DNA of 64,000 nt, taken from NCBI RefSeq assembly GCF_947568905.1, contig NC_079172.1, forward strand, positions 9,176,001 through 9,240,000, written 5' to 3'. The translations under genes and the position numbers were made by a program. The notes beneath the pieces are model-generated. The model did no database searches. It saw only the letters and a program-made list of their open reading frames with translations, and had not been told where the DNA came from. Origin of the DNA: Ostrea edulis. Its lineage: Eukaryota. Positions 37,486 to 49,627 of this stretch are shown here, piece after piece (position 1 is the stretch's first letter; the number at the start of each line of letters is the position of its first letter).

Positions 37486-40400
37486 ATATAGCATCCACAA
37501 GTCAAATTTTATATAAGATATTAACCATTTGCATCATATATCATTTTGAAGCATATCGAATGTAAATTAAGAAAATCGCATTTTGGGGGTAACAGGTCGT
37601 ATGTTGTTACTAAAATAGATTGCGAAATATCATGGTTGTGAAGTTGTTTGTGACCACTTTCCTATAACATATGTGTTTCAAATCAATGACCAATACATCT
37701 ATATTTCAATAAAAATCTATAAATATTCCATGCACTATTAATTTTTTAAACATCTAGTATTAATTGAAACTTTCATACTTTTAGAATGAATAGATTATAG
37801 ACAGATATTCGTAATCTAATGACACTATGTTCACGTTACGGTGAGTTACACTAACGTTTCACTAATTTATATAAAGTATTTTATAGATTACAGAGCGTAA
37901 ACAAATTGCTTACAATTCGGTCATGAGTTTATTGAAATATGTTTTTAACGATTAACTTTAATTCTCATTTGTCAAATTCATGATCACATTGACCAACAAG
38001 TTCATAACAGTTTTAGAAATATGACGTCAGATTTATTGATTGTATATTGTTTAATGTTCCTCGGGAGAATATATCACTCATATGGAGACGTCACCATTGC
38101 CGGTAGGTATATGCTTGGAGCTTACGAAGTTACACCTGCTGTTACACGAAACCTCGGTTTTTGTGGTCTCATCCGAAAGACCCAGCAATAAACTATTTTA
38201 AGTAAACTTCATTATAAGGGTTGATTTTTTTTAACTTACAATGACTTCGTGGAAATAAATTTCCTTAAAGAAATGCTCAGAAAAATAATTTTTTAAAATT
38301 AATATTCAAAGTCTAACATCTATGTGATTTCATACGGTATATATTGGGAAAGAGTTTTCATACACCCCTAATTGTGAAATAAAGTAATATAGTATCAAAT
38401 AATTAATGATAAATATTCAGGACGATCAAAGATCTAAACGCTATACAAAAGGAATACAAGTAGTGTTGTCTTTATAATTTAGAGGACTGCCGCGAAGGAG
38501 AGGCAAAAAGCAGGTGACATTATACTTGAATACATCCGACATCAGATTGCAGAGCACGAGAAAACTTATGATGAAAATAACATCAGAGATTTCATAGATC
38601 TGTATATTCAAGCAGAGAGAGAAGAAGGGGGAATAGAAGGAAAAGGTGAGTTAACCCTGATGTGGATTTGTGACTTAACTTATACACATGTTACAAAAAG
38701 CGCCTTATATCATTAAGAGAAAAAAAAACCCAGACTGTCGTAGGGTCAAATGCTGTCTGACGTGTTCCATACCTATTGTTAAGCCGTTCTTTACACACTG
38801 ATTTTGACTTCGGATTACTCCGTTTACCTGGCCAAGATATAGGGCTCATGACGAGTGTGACCGGTCAACAGGGGATGCTTACTCATCTTAGGCACCTGAT
38901 ACCATCTCTAGTATCTCCAGGGGTCCGTGTTTGCCCCACTCTTAATTTAGTATTCCTTATAGGAATCATCAGATTGATAAGTGTTAGTTATCTTCAACGT
39001 TTCAGAATATATAGCAAAAACTTAACAATAATTCTTTATCATTTTGTAGTTCATCACATGTTCAGAGTCATCATGGAGCTTTTCACAGCTGGCACTGAAA
39101 CTACAGGAACATCCCTGGATTGGACCTTTTTGTATATGATAAGTTACCCCGAGGTTCAACGGAAATGTTATGAAGAAATAAAGGAGGTAAATCATGTATG
39201 CATGTATCACTTTAATCAATCCTTTTAGTGCATTTTTATAAACATTTATGTAACATTTACTACTGTATTTTTTATTTAAGTTAAATGTATCTAATCCTTT
39301 TAGTGCATTTTTATAAACATTTATGTAACATTTACTACTGTATTTTTTATTTAAGTTAAATGTATCTAAAGTTTTCATACTTTCATCAGGTTATTGGTGT
39401 GGAAAGAGAGGTGCGTCTATCCGACAGGACAAATATTCCTTATGTTGAAGCCACGCTAATGGAAGTGCAGAGATTAGCAAACATTGGTATAAAACGCTTG
39501 AAAAATTCCTGACCAATAACTTAAAACATTTACACTAATTCACATACTCTAGTGCAGGCATTCATACAGTATAAACATACATATGCATGTAAATAGATAT
39601 GAATATTTTAATATTCTTTGGTAGTACGGTAGTCAAAGGTATAGAAAAAATATCAAAATTCCACACAGGTACTCGGTGAGTGATTTCATTCACGTGGTCT
39701 CTCAGATCATGCGATCCTACAACGTGTATGGAAATTTGCATAGTAACAAAATCGTTTTAAACATTATCACCTCTTATCAGATATCAACAACAGTGTATAT
39801 AATTAATTAGAAATGTCATATTTTAAACTGCTTTTTCAAAATCCAAATATATTTTTAACTCTCTTATGAACAGCGAGCTCATCGTTACCACACACGGCTA
39901 CAGAGGACGTTGCAATAGCTGGTCAGGTGATTCCAAAAAACTCCATTGTGATGGGATTCCTAACGACATCACATTTAGACCCCGAAAACTTTTCTCAACC
40001 ATACGAGTTCCGCCCAGAAAGATTTATTGACGAAGTTACTGGGAAAATATCAAAGAAAGACCATTTAATTCCTTTCTCCATAGGTGAGTATCAAACCATT
40101 GGTAGTTTATCATATTTCATATTAAAAGGTAATTTGTGTATGGAATGAAGTTGGTTTCTAACTATAAATATAAATTCAGTTGCTTTGAGTAAAATGACAT
40201 TCATGATGTAAATGTATACACATATCTATATTTACTGCATATATTATACATTTATTGACTTAGGTCGAGGTTAATATGTAATTTGTTGAGCCTGAGGACT
40301 CAACTGTTGCCTGGGGAATGTAGACGACACTTTGGTCCAAGGGTCCAACAAACCACATGCTGTCCGAGACCTTGTAAATAAATGTTTGGCATACCTTTGC

Positions 40401-41314
40401 ATTTACAACCACGAAGAGATTACCTCGTTCCAGTATTGGATTTTCTGTCGCAAAACATCTCAATGGAGGATCCATAATTTAATCTAACGAAATAATTGCG
40501 CTGAAATCCACCTAGCCACCTTGAACACATTTTCTGTGTTATTACTGCCTATGTCATTCATAGAATTGTCGATAATCAGCAAACATAATTGTTGTCGCAG
40601 ACGGAAACATCGGCATATCACGGAAATTGACGAGATGGATTTCGGATGAATAATCTTGTTGTTGATAATTGCAAGTTAACCCGAGTACTAGCGAATAATG
40701 ACTGGGAACTCGATGGTAGACTGAGGAGTCTAAAGTCGAGATTTCAGTCGACGGAGTAGTTTGAACATTGTCTTTGCTGCACTTTTTACTGCGAATGGTT
40801 AAACATAGAGTAATTCTCATAGGTACAACAATATCCTTTAATTCTTCAGCTTGTTTAATGCTTTTGCCAGCAAATCTTACTACGACTCACATTAGATAAT
40901 ATTACATTGACTATTCAATAAACGGTACAAGTTAATAAATCATATAAACTCCGTTTACCTGATCAGGATATAGGGTTCACGGCGGGTGTGACCGGTCGAC
41001 AGGGGATGCTTACTCCACCTCTGGTGTGTCAAAGGGTCCGTGTTTGCCCAACTATCTACTTTGTATTGCTTATAGGAGATATGAGATTGATCACTGTTCG
41101 TTATCTTCACATTTCATGCATTCTCTTTGTAGGTCCAAGAATATGCCCCGGGGAGTCTTTAGCTAGAACGGAAATGTTTATCGTGTTTTCTAACCTCATT
41201 CAAAAGTTTCGTTTTATGAAGGTGTCAGAGACAGATGTATTGAATTTTGAAGGCTTAATAGGAATCACTACGTGTGCTCATCCATACAGATTAAAAGTCC
41301 AAATGCGGAAGTAA
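35803..41314 (+). CDS. Cytochrome P450, clan 2, gene 2, 513 aa from the first ATG
   Basis: Exons 35803-36214, 36819-37047, 37187-37298, 38483-38645, 39050-39186, 39390-39486, 39874-40083 and 41133-41314 (1542 nt). AGTETT, EVQR, PERF, FSIGPRICPG. Confidence 0.95.
36731..36781. repeat. (TA)n microsatellite
   Basis: Direct reading; absent at the equivalent position of gene 3. Confidence 0.95.
37418..37483. repeat. (CA)n microsatellite
   Basis: Direct reading. Confidence 0.95.
38032..38180 (-). mobile_element. Headless SINE body (family A/B) in gene 2 intron 3
   Basis: Body and tail only, starting at GGTCTTTCGGATGAG. Gene 3 has the empty site (ATATGACGTCAGCAATAAAC, ~54460-54480). Confidence 0.8.
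38737..39005 (+). mobile_element. Older Naiad-type 3' end/pLTR in gene 2 intron 4
   Basis: Matches 45195-45452; an orthologous insertion lies in gene 3 (53660-53915). Confidence 0.8.
39216..39370. repeat. ~74-bp tandem duplication in gene 2 intron 5
   Basis: AATCCTTTTAGTGCATTTTTATAAAC...AAATGTATCT twice; single copy in gene 3. Confidence 0.85.
40948..41110 (+). mobile_element. Naiad-type pLTR in gene 2 intron 7
   Basis: Matches 45270-45450; ends about 20 bp before the last-exon acceptor. Confidence 0.85.
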
Positions 41315-41544
41315 ATGTAACAATACATGTATATTGTACCTGTAATATATTCATGAATTGTTTTATTATAATGTATGCGTGAGTGCGATGTAAAATATAT
41401 ATAAATGTACCCAAGTACGAATTGTTAATTCTGTTGCTTTCTTGAAATAAAATGATCTGCAACATACACGGGTAACATTTTATTTCAAATTTAAGGTTGA
41501 TTTCTGTTTCTGGCAAACATTGATAATGCATTCATCATGATAAT

Positions 41545-44500
41545 AGATATAGGGCTCACGGCGGGTGTGACCGGTCAACAGGGGATGCTTACTCCTCCTA
41601 GGCACCTGATCCCACCTCTGGTGTGTCCAGGGGTCCGTGTTTGCCCAATTATCTATTTTGTATTGCTTATAGGAGTTCTGAGATTGATCACTGTTCGTTA
41701 TCTTCACCTTACATTTAACCATCGAGTTTGTATCTCTGCTGGTGGACAGTCTGTCCCCGAGGATACTTGTCGCTCGATATATGTTCCTTCATGAATATAC
41801 ACAATAACGAAACAATACTGGCTGGCACGTCGCCCAGTATAAAAAGGTGTCACTCTGTGGAGTCTATAAGGGACACAGGCTCCTACAGATCGGTTGGTGT
41901 CCCTCGGATTATCCTTCGAGATATCAAAGATTTATCGTATGTACAATCGTCAGATTGTCAGCTTTGGTACAGAAACCAGAATTCTTATACCCAAATTAAA
42001 GCCTGTTATGTTCCTTTAAGAGATATATTTGATAATTCCTTTTCAGACCCCATGTGTTCAACCTCAAAATGTTCTGCAAAAAATTGCAAAACTTGTGATA
42101 TACTGATTACTAAAAATTCATTTAGTAGTAATTTAACTGGACGTAGTTTCTGTACCAAAACGTTTGATAATCTGACTTGTAAATCTTCGAACGTTGTCTA
42201 CGCCATTGAGTGTAACCTGTGTGACGTAATTTAAGTGGGAGAAACCAAGGGTTCACTTAATAAAAGAATATCGGGGCACAGATTTCAAATTAATAATGGT
42301 GGTAACCAACTTCTTTACAAGCATTTTAATGCACCGGACCACTTCATCTTGTCCATGAGGGTAAGGATTTTAGAAAAAAATTACCGTCACACAAACAATC
42401 CTACTTTAAGCACCCCTTTTCGTAGACAACGAGAAGATCACTGGATCAGGACCCTAGGCACTGTCTTTTCATATGGATGCAATGATAATGTATATGATGC
42501 GGGAAATTTGACTAGTCCACAAGGAAATAACGTGAATGCAAGGTGAAGATAACGAACAGTGATCAATCTCATAACTCCTACAAGAAGTACAAAATAGATA
42601 GTTGGGCAAATACGGACCCCTGGACACACCAGAGGTGGGATCAGGTGTCTAGGAGGAGTAAGCATCCCCTGTTGACCGGTCACACCCTCCGTGAGCCCTA
42701 TATCCTGATCAGGTAAACGGAGTTATCCGCAGTCAAAATCAGTGTGCCAAGAACGGCTTAACAATCGGTATGAAACACGTCAGACAGCATTTGACCCAAT
42801 GCGAGGTTGTATTGACGAACTAGATCGTTATAACGACCATAGAATTTTCGAAATGCTGACTTCAATCGAGACTGTTGAAATCCCTGTACCATCAACTTGT
42901 TTGTCAGTAGCTTACCTCGATTTAAAAACTGACTATATCCAGAACAAGCTCTTGCATATCGAATCAGTTGAGATATATAAACACCATATGTGATGGGACT
43001 CTTTCCCAATACCCAAAGACAGAAACGCAGTCATGGACATCGCTCATATAAAAGACCAAGTATAAATGATGTCACGTTTGATTCACTTTTAGCTTACGTC
43101 AACAGACAATTAGGTCCACATCATATTCGTACAGAACTTTCCTCTATTCCATTGAGAGTTTTACACACGTTATTTGAAGAAACTATGGCTAGTCTATACT
43201 TGGATTTTTCAACACCTGAATATAGACTGGACTCTATGATTATGGATGTTGCCTATCAGTCTCTATAAACCAGCACGGACCATGGATGATATTCCTTCCA
43301 AATCATGCCGTCAGTTCCTTAAGCTCAAATTAACAAACAAATGAATAGATGCCGTCAGCATAAGCAACATTCTTCGACATAAAAGGGTTCAGTCGTGTAT
43401 TCCAACTTATTTCAAGTTCAAGTCTACACCCTGTATTTTCTACAGCTATACTTCTACTATTGCATTCAAACTTTTTCATTATAAACAAACTTTGCAGTGC
43501 TTAGATATAGACCATCTTATACGTAATCCACCAACATGTTCTTCATCTTCTTTCAACTACAGTCCAGCTGGACATGTCATTACTGGTGATGTTGATATAG
43601 TTGAAAATGAGGACCTCAAATCACTTATTCTTAAAGGTCCTAAATACAGAGAACCTCGGTCTTTTAATTGGCGACAGAACTTCATCTCTATTATGAGTTC
43701 TATCGAAGATTATGCCAGACGATGGGCTAAATATGAAAAAGAAGAACTTGATACATTGTCAGAATGGGTTAAAAGCATAAGAGGGATATTAAAATCCCGC
43801 ATGAGACAAATGAAAACAAAAGTACGTACCATCTATCCGTCTGTGTTTAGTAAACCAGAAGTGATAAAAGAATTAGATAGGTTACATGAGGAATATGTTT
43901 TGGTTCCAGCTGACAAAGCTTGTAACAACATTGTCTTTTTTTGTAAGGCTCATTAGAACAACTGTATTTTAAACGATCACTTTTGGTAATCATACATATA
44001 CTCCAAACTGCTCTTTCAAAAGATGAAATTCTTCAAAACCATGCTTCAGTTTTAGACACATTTAATATTCCAGTCAATGGGTCGAATGAATATGAGTTAC
44101 CGTATCTAAACTGGATTCCTAAACTACATAAAAACCCTTACAAACAAAGATACATTGCTGGATCCAGTATGTGCTCTACCAAGCCCCTATCTTTGCTCCT
44201 CACGAAAATGTTAACAGCTGTGAAGGAGAAACTTCAAACTTACTGTGTGACTACATATGCCAGAAGTGGTGTTAATCAAATGTGGATTCTAAAAAATTCT
44301 AAAGTACTTTTAGTAAACTTGAAATTGCAGAATTTTTCCCAAATCAATAACATTAAAACCTGACTTTTCAACACTATACACGACCATTCCTCACGATAAA
44401 TTAAAGACTAGACTTTTTGACATCATAGACAGTTGCTTCTTCAACAAAAACGGAAAAGGGAAATATTCATATCTAGTGTTCAGTCATTCAAACACTTACT

Positions 44501-45452
44501 TTGTTAAACACCACTCTGATTCCACGCACAAGTACTCTGAAGTTGAAATACAAAATATGCTAGAGTTCCTCATTGACAATATCTTCGTGGTCTTTGGTGA
44601 TCAGGTCTTCCAACAGTCTGTTGGAATTCCCATGGGCACGAATTGTGCTCCTTTGCGAACTGACTTGTTTTTATATTCATATGAAGCAGAATTTATTCAA
44701 AAACTTCTACGTGAGAAGAAAAAATCTCTCGCTATGGCCTTCAATTCGACTTTTAGATATATCGATGACGTTTTGTCTATTAACAATGATAGCTTTCATT
44801 CATATGTCGATTTGATATATCCCTGTGAGCTCGAAATAAAGGACACCACAGAGTCGTCCGCTTCTGCTTCATACTTAGATATTTTATTGAAACTAGACAT
44901 TAACGACAAACTGACAACTCAACTGTATGACAAACGGGATGATTTCAGCTTCTCCATCGTCAACTTCCCACATTTATGTAGCAATATTCCATTATCACCT
45001 GCATATGGTGTTTATATATCTCAACTGATTCGATATGGAAGAGCTTGTTCTGCGTATAGTCAGTTTTTAAATCGAGGTAAGCTACTGACAAACAAGTTGA
45101 TGGTACAGGGATTTCAACAGTCTCCATTTAAGTCAGCATTTCGCAAATTCTATGGTCGTTATAACGATCTACTTCGTCAGTACAACCTCGTATTGGGTTA
45201 AATGCTGTCTGACGTGTTTCATACCGATTGTTAAGCCGTTCTTGGCACACTGATTTTGACTGCGGATAACTCCGTTTACCTGATCAGGATATAGGGCTCA
45301 CGGCAGGTGTGACCGGTCAACAGGGGATGCTTACTCCTCCTAGGCACCTGATCCCACCTCTGGTGTGTCCAGGGGTCCGTGTTTGTCCAACTATCTATTT
45401 TGTATTGCTTATAGGAGTTATGAGATTGATCACTGTTCGTTATCTTCACCTT
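41545..45452 (+). mobile_element. Full-length, inactivated Penelope-like retroelement with N-terminal GIY-YIG endonuclease and C-terminal RT (Naiad-type)
   Basis: Direct ~165-bp pLTRs (41545-41710, 45288-45452). EN motif VVYAIECNLC..*VGET..KRISGH..YKHF at ~42190-42330. RT motifs DFSTLYT, GIPMGTNCAP and RYIDD at 44360-44770. Several stops and frameshifts. Confidence 0.9.
42539..42987 (-). mobile_element. 5'-truncated copy of the same Penelope family nested in reverse orientation
   Basis: Reverse complement of ~45003-45452; interrupts GNNVN|VMGLF; ATG on both sides. Confidence 0.9.
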
Positions 45453-47626
45453 ACATATATCTTGAGATATTACTAAGCATTTGTTCTTGTACATCTGATA
45501 AAAATCAACAAGTCATTATAATAGACAAATATATGGAAAACCTGTAGTTCAAGAATATACCGGTATTACCTGCTGATTTATATCGCTTGGGTTCGAATTT
45601 ACTATTAAAGAGTAATTTATAGCAAAATTAATAGTAAATTCGGACTCAAGAGATATACCCTACAAATGTAATTGCCTGTGTGTTGAATCAGCTTGGTGCT
45701 TGCTTTGTTTAGAGTTCGGGCGAGTCTTTCCACCAATCACGTGACTATGTCGCTTTTGATGGCAGTCTATCGAATTTTACAGTCAATCTCATAAGATTTA
45801 TTGGGATGGACGTATCGTAATTCTATTAAAGCGTTGATAACTATAGTGTCACTCTTTTCTGAAATAACGGTAGTAAGTATTTGTGATCTGGATTGCTTTG
45901 TAAAAAAAATTTAAAGGGTTTGTCTGCTGTTCTAACAAGAATATTATAAGAACTCCTTAATAAATATTACCTTTCACCGGAATGAAATTGATCTGTTATA
46001 GTCTGCGTCTGTGTTTGAATGACATATTTTACATTCCTTTCTGTCCATTGAGGACGTTTAGTAATTTTACCAGACGACACAAGACTTGCACTAAGTGAAA
46101 ATAGCATTTGTTGTGTTCTGCATGAGAAAAGGTACAGTTCTGTTAGTAGATCTTATACAATTAAAATATGTATTGTGTTACCTTTTTAACTATGTACAAA
46201 GAACCTCCAGGGCCGGCGAAAAACAGTTCGTTATAAGCAAACTTCATTATATCCAATAGAAGTTTCAGTATTTACCTGTGGTGAGGGAATACATATCACT
46301 TCGCAATAAGTGTGAATTCGTCGTAAGCGCATAATTTAATTGTGATTAAGTATTAGCAAAGTTCCCACATCTGAAAAAAACCTTAGAGTCGGGAGTAACC
46401 TAGAAAAATTTACATAACTACAGCAATTGAGCATATATGGCAAGAGGGCAGGGCTTCGCAGTGTTATCAGAAGAATCAGCAGTCTGATGTTTGACTCTAC
46501 ACGTGCTCTGTAGCAGACGGTATTTCGAACAGGGAGACTGGCATGATTATATCAAAATAAAACTAAAGTTTCCCCGCATTTTCTCCACCTGTGAGGCACC
46601 GAAGGGATATGTTTATAGCTTAACAAAACTTTACCCTAGAAACTACGAAATGAATTCATCTTCGTATTAATACTTATGACTTTCCTCTTGGTACGTTTCA
46701 ATCATGAGCATGATTGGGGGGGGGGGGGGTGTAGCTCATGTGCATTGAAGGATTATTAAGAAAAAGTTTGTCCATTATCATATTTGGAGACCTGATATCT
46801 ACGATTGTCTCTTCTGACATTGTAATTTTCACACCAAAGAGTCCAGATTGAGAGTAATTTTAGTGTGATGGTTGATCAATTGGACATTTGTCATTATTGT
46901 TGAGAGACAATGAGAGTTACACAACTGACCTAGGAGATTGTTGCTTAATCAAACAAACACCATGCTTACCACTTCCAGTAAAAGCTACTGGTAATCCTGC
47001 AAAACACTAAAACAGTGATCAGACGAAACAGTCCTAATGAGTTATTTTCATAAAGTTAACTATGTTTTTAAGGAATGTGATTAATAAGTAAAAACAATTC
47101 TGGATTTACCTTTGATATCTGAGTAAATATTTTTTCTCTCCACTTTTTACAGTGATTTGTTTACATGGTTCCTTAGGTGTAATCCCTCTTATCGAGAACA
47201 AGAGAAGCATGTTCGTGCAATATGTGAGTCAACATCTGGTGTAAACAATAACAAAAGATAATCACACCCACAATTAAACTGCATATCTCTAGTTTGAAAT
47301 ACAAATTTAGTCCTGCTTCAAATTTTTGAAGCTAAAATTAAAACTTAATGAGAATTTATATCTAAAATAGATATGGCGCACTCTTGTCTTTACTACCATA
47401 TTATACGGTATACTATGATAAACTTTGATTATGTATTAAATATTACGAAAACACACTTTGATCATCTACAATTTAAACAAAAATATTTTCAGAGTTTGAT
47501 AGCTGAAATATGGTATGCATGACTAAAGTTAACATTTTTATCAAAATATGTTTATCAATGCAGGATCAGTTCAAAATATCACGAAATTTCTGGGTATTTT
47601 CATGGTAGATATTGGTACAATCTTAT

Positions 47627-48035
47627 CATGACCAGCCACTTTGGGTGTCTGTCGGATGCTGGGTAACGTTGGACGATCGCTGAATTGAGCTGCATGTTTC
47701 ACAAAAGCATCATGGATATTTTCATATCCGCTAATGACAACCATCAAATAGGGTCCCACATACATACGGAAAACGTTTCCGTATTTCTTACTAAGTGACA
47801 AAAGCTCTAAATGTCGTTTGTTTCCCATACGGATAAATTGAGGTAAATTTCCGATGAATTGGAGCGCAAAAGGTCCCGGTATAGAAGTTCTAGGTCTACC
47901 CATCACAAATACCAGTGTCAAGAACACAAGAGTGAAAATAAAGATAGTGGTCATATCGAAGAAATCAAGGAAGGAGACTGAGTACAATTTTACCCAAGAA
48001 GAATCCATCACGGATCCCAAAACTTTATCAGACAT
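47627..48035 (-). pseudogene. Orphan P450 exon 1 (copy of gene 2/3 exon 1)
   Basis: Nearly identical N-terminal P450 sequence with a 3-nt deletion; donor GTAAGAT changed to ATAAGAT; no exon 2 downstream. Upstream 48036-48290 duplicates 58378-58600. Confidence 0.88.
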
Positions 48036-48452
48036 TCTGTCGTACTGAAAGACTTCACAACGAATGACAACACAGTGATGTTCCCTCTCCGGTTGAATCT
48101 GCGCCCATCACAACTCCCAAAAAAGGGCAGAATGTGGGACGGCTATTGCTGAAAGTGATAAATGTTGCTTCTGTGGATCATATCATTTGCATTTCGGTGT
48201 CTCTATACATACTAAATAAGATGATTATTTGCGCAATATATGCCCTACGTGTTGCTTCTATAGATAACGAAAAAACTGCATTGCATTAATTCAATATGTC
48301 TAGGAACCGGTAAATATTTATTGGGGAGTTGGGACCAGTGCAAAATGCGATAGGACACACATGTTTGTTTGGCTTCCATACCGATAGGACTCCAACTTTT
48401 TAAAGTTTTAACACTGGTAGGACAGCAATTTGTTTTGCATATATATATATAT

Positions 48453-48606
48453 ATAATTTAAAAGAATAAAATCCAAAATGATCACAAAATAATCAACGAT
48501 CAGTTCTTTCAAGACAAACTGCCTGAAGAGCCGTAAAGCAAAAGTATTAGCAGGAACTGATCGTTGATTATTATGTGACCATTTTGGATTTTATTCTTTT
48601 AAATTA
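48453..48606. repeat. Short palindromic MITE next to (TA)n
   Basis: AAAAGAATAAAATCCAAAATG.TCACA.AATAATCAACGATCAGTTC and its reverse complement. Confidence 0.75.
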
Positions 48607-48765
48607 TTTAACAACTGTGCCGATTTCTTCAATTATTTTTTGACAAAAAAGTAAAATATAAACAAATCAAGATATTCATTTTACTATTGATCCATTTCAC
48701 TTACTGATAATGAATTAAAATAAATTCACATAATCATCACACTTCACACACTGCAATGTAGTGCA

Positions 48766-49065
48766 TTGCCTCCATTCTCATTGGAAAAAACCCCAATAAG
48801 TTTGATATCTGAATATAAAAATAATACCATAAATCATACAAGATATAAAGGAAAACCCATTTTCTTCGATAATTGGGCGAGATCTGGTATCTTATATGTT
48901 AGTGATGTGTTTGATGATGGAATTTTTAAACCGCTAGAACATTATTCAAATATTAATGACAAATCTAACTGGCTATGTGAATACAAAATTATTATGACAA
49001 TCACGAGAAAAATTCGAGGACTAAACGATTTTTCAAATTCAAGCTGTGTAAATAATCAAAATTGA
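48766..49065 (+). mobile_element. L1/Tx1-like ORF2 C-terminal fragment
   Basis: YKGKPIFFDNWARSGILYVSDVFD...NWLCEYKII resembles the post-RT region of Tx1/L1 elements. Confidence 0.55.
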
Positions 49066-49627
49066 AACTACAACTTTGATAAATGAAGGATGTTTATATC
49101 TATCATTATCCATTTATTGATAACGTTCTGTTTAGTACATGCAAGGTGAAGGTAACGAACAGTGATCAATCTCATAACTCCTACAAGCAATACAGAATAA
49201 AGAGTTGGGCAAACAACACTGTGATGGGATATCAGATTATTTACAACATGATATAACTCAGTGTTTTACAGCATGGTTCTTGACAGGAAGTCAAGGTTGA
49301 GGTTCATCTGATATATGGGTTTGAAATGTCACACATGCTTTGTACACAACCTTATTTTCAATAATTATCACAATGAATGATGATTTTATAAGAGTATAAT
49401 AAAGTTAAGTAGTAGAGCACAAATATTAAATCTGCACTCTGTGACTTTGTAGATGATCACAGGATTAATAATCAATTGCTAACTATGCAGTTTTTGGTAT
49501 GAAATAAGAAGAGTGTGGACAGATTCAATTGTATTTGGTTCTGTTTTACTGTTGCCTTATCTTAAAACCACAAAAATTACACTTTTTGAAATTAGACTGA
49601 TAGGTTTGTATACATGTATTGTTACAT

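Noticed and set aside
43330-43350. In-frame TGA in the Naiad ORF as possible selenocysteine (some clam and spider Naiads encode selenoproteins)
   Set aside because: The context NK*IDAV suggests a GGA>TGA change at a Gly, and the copy also carries TAA/TAG stops and frameshifts, so decay is the simpler explanation.
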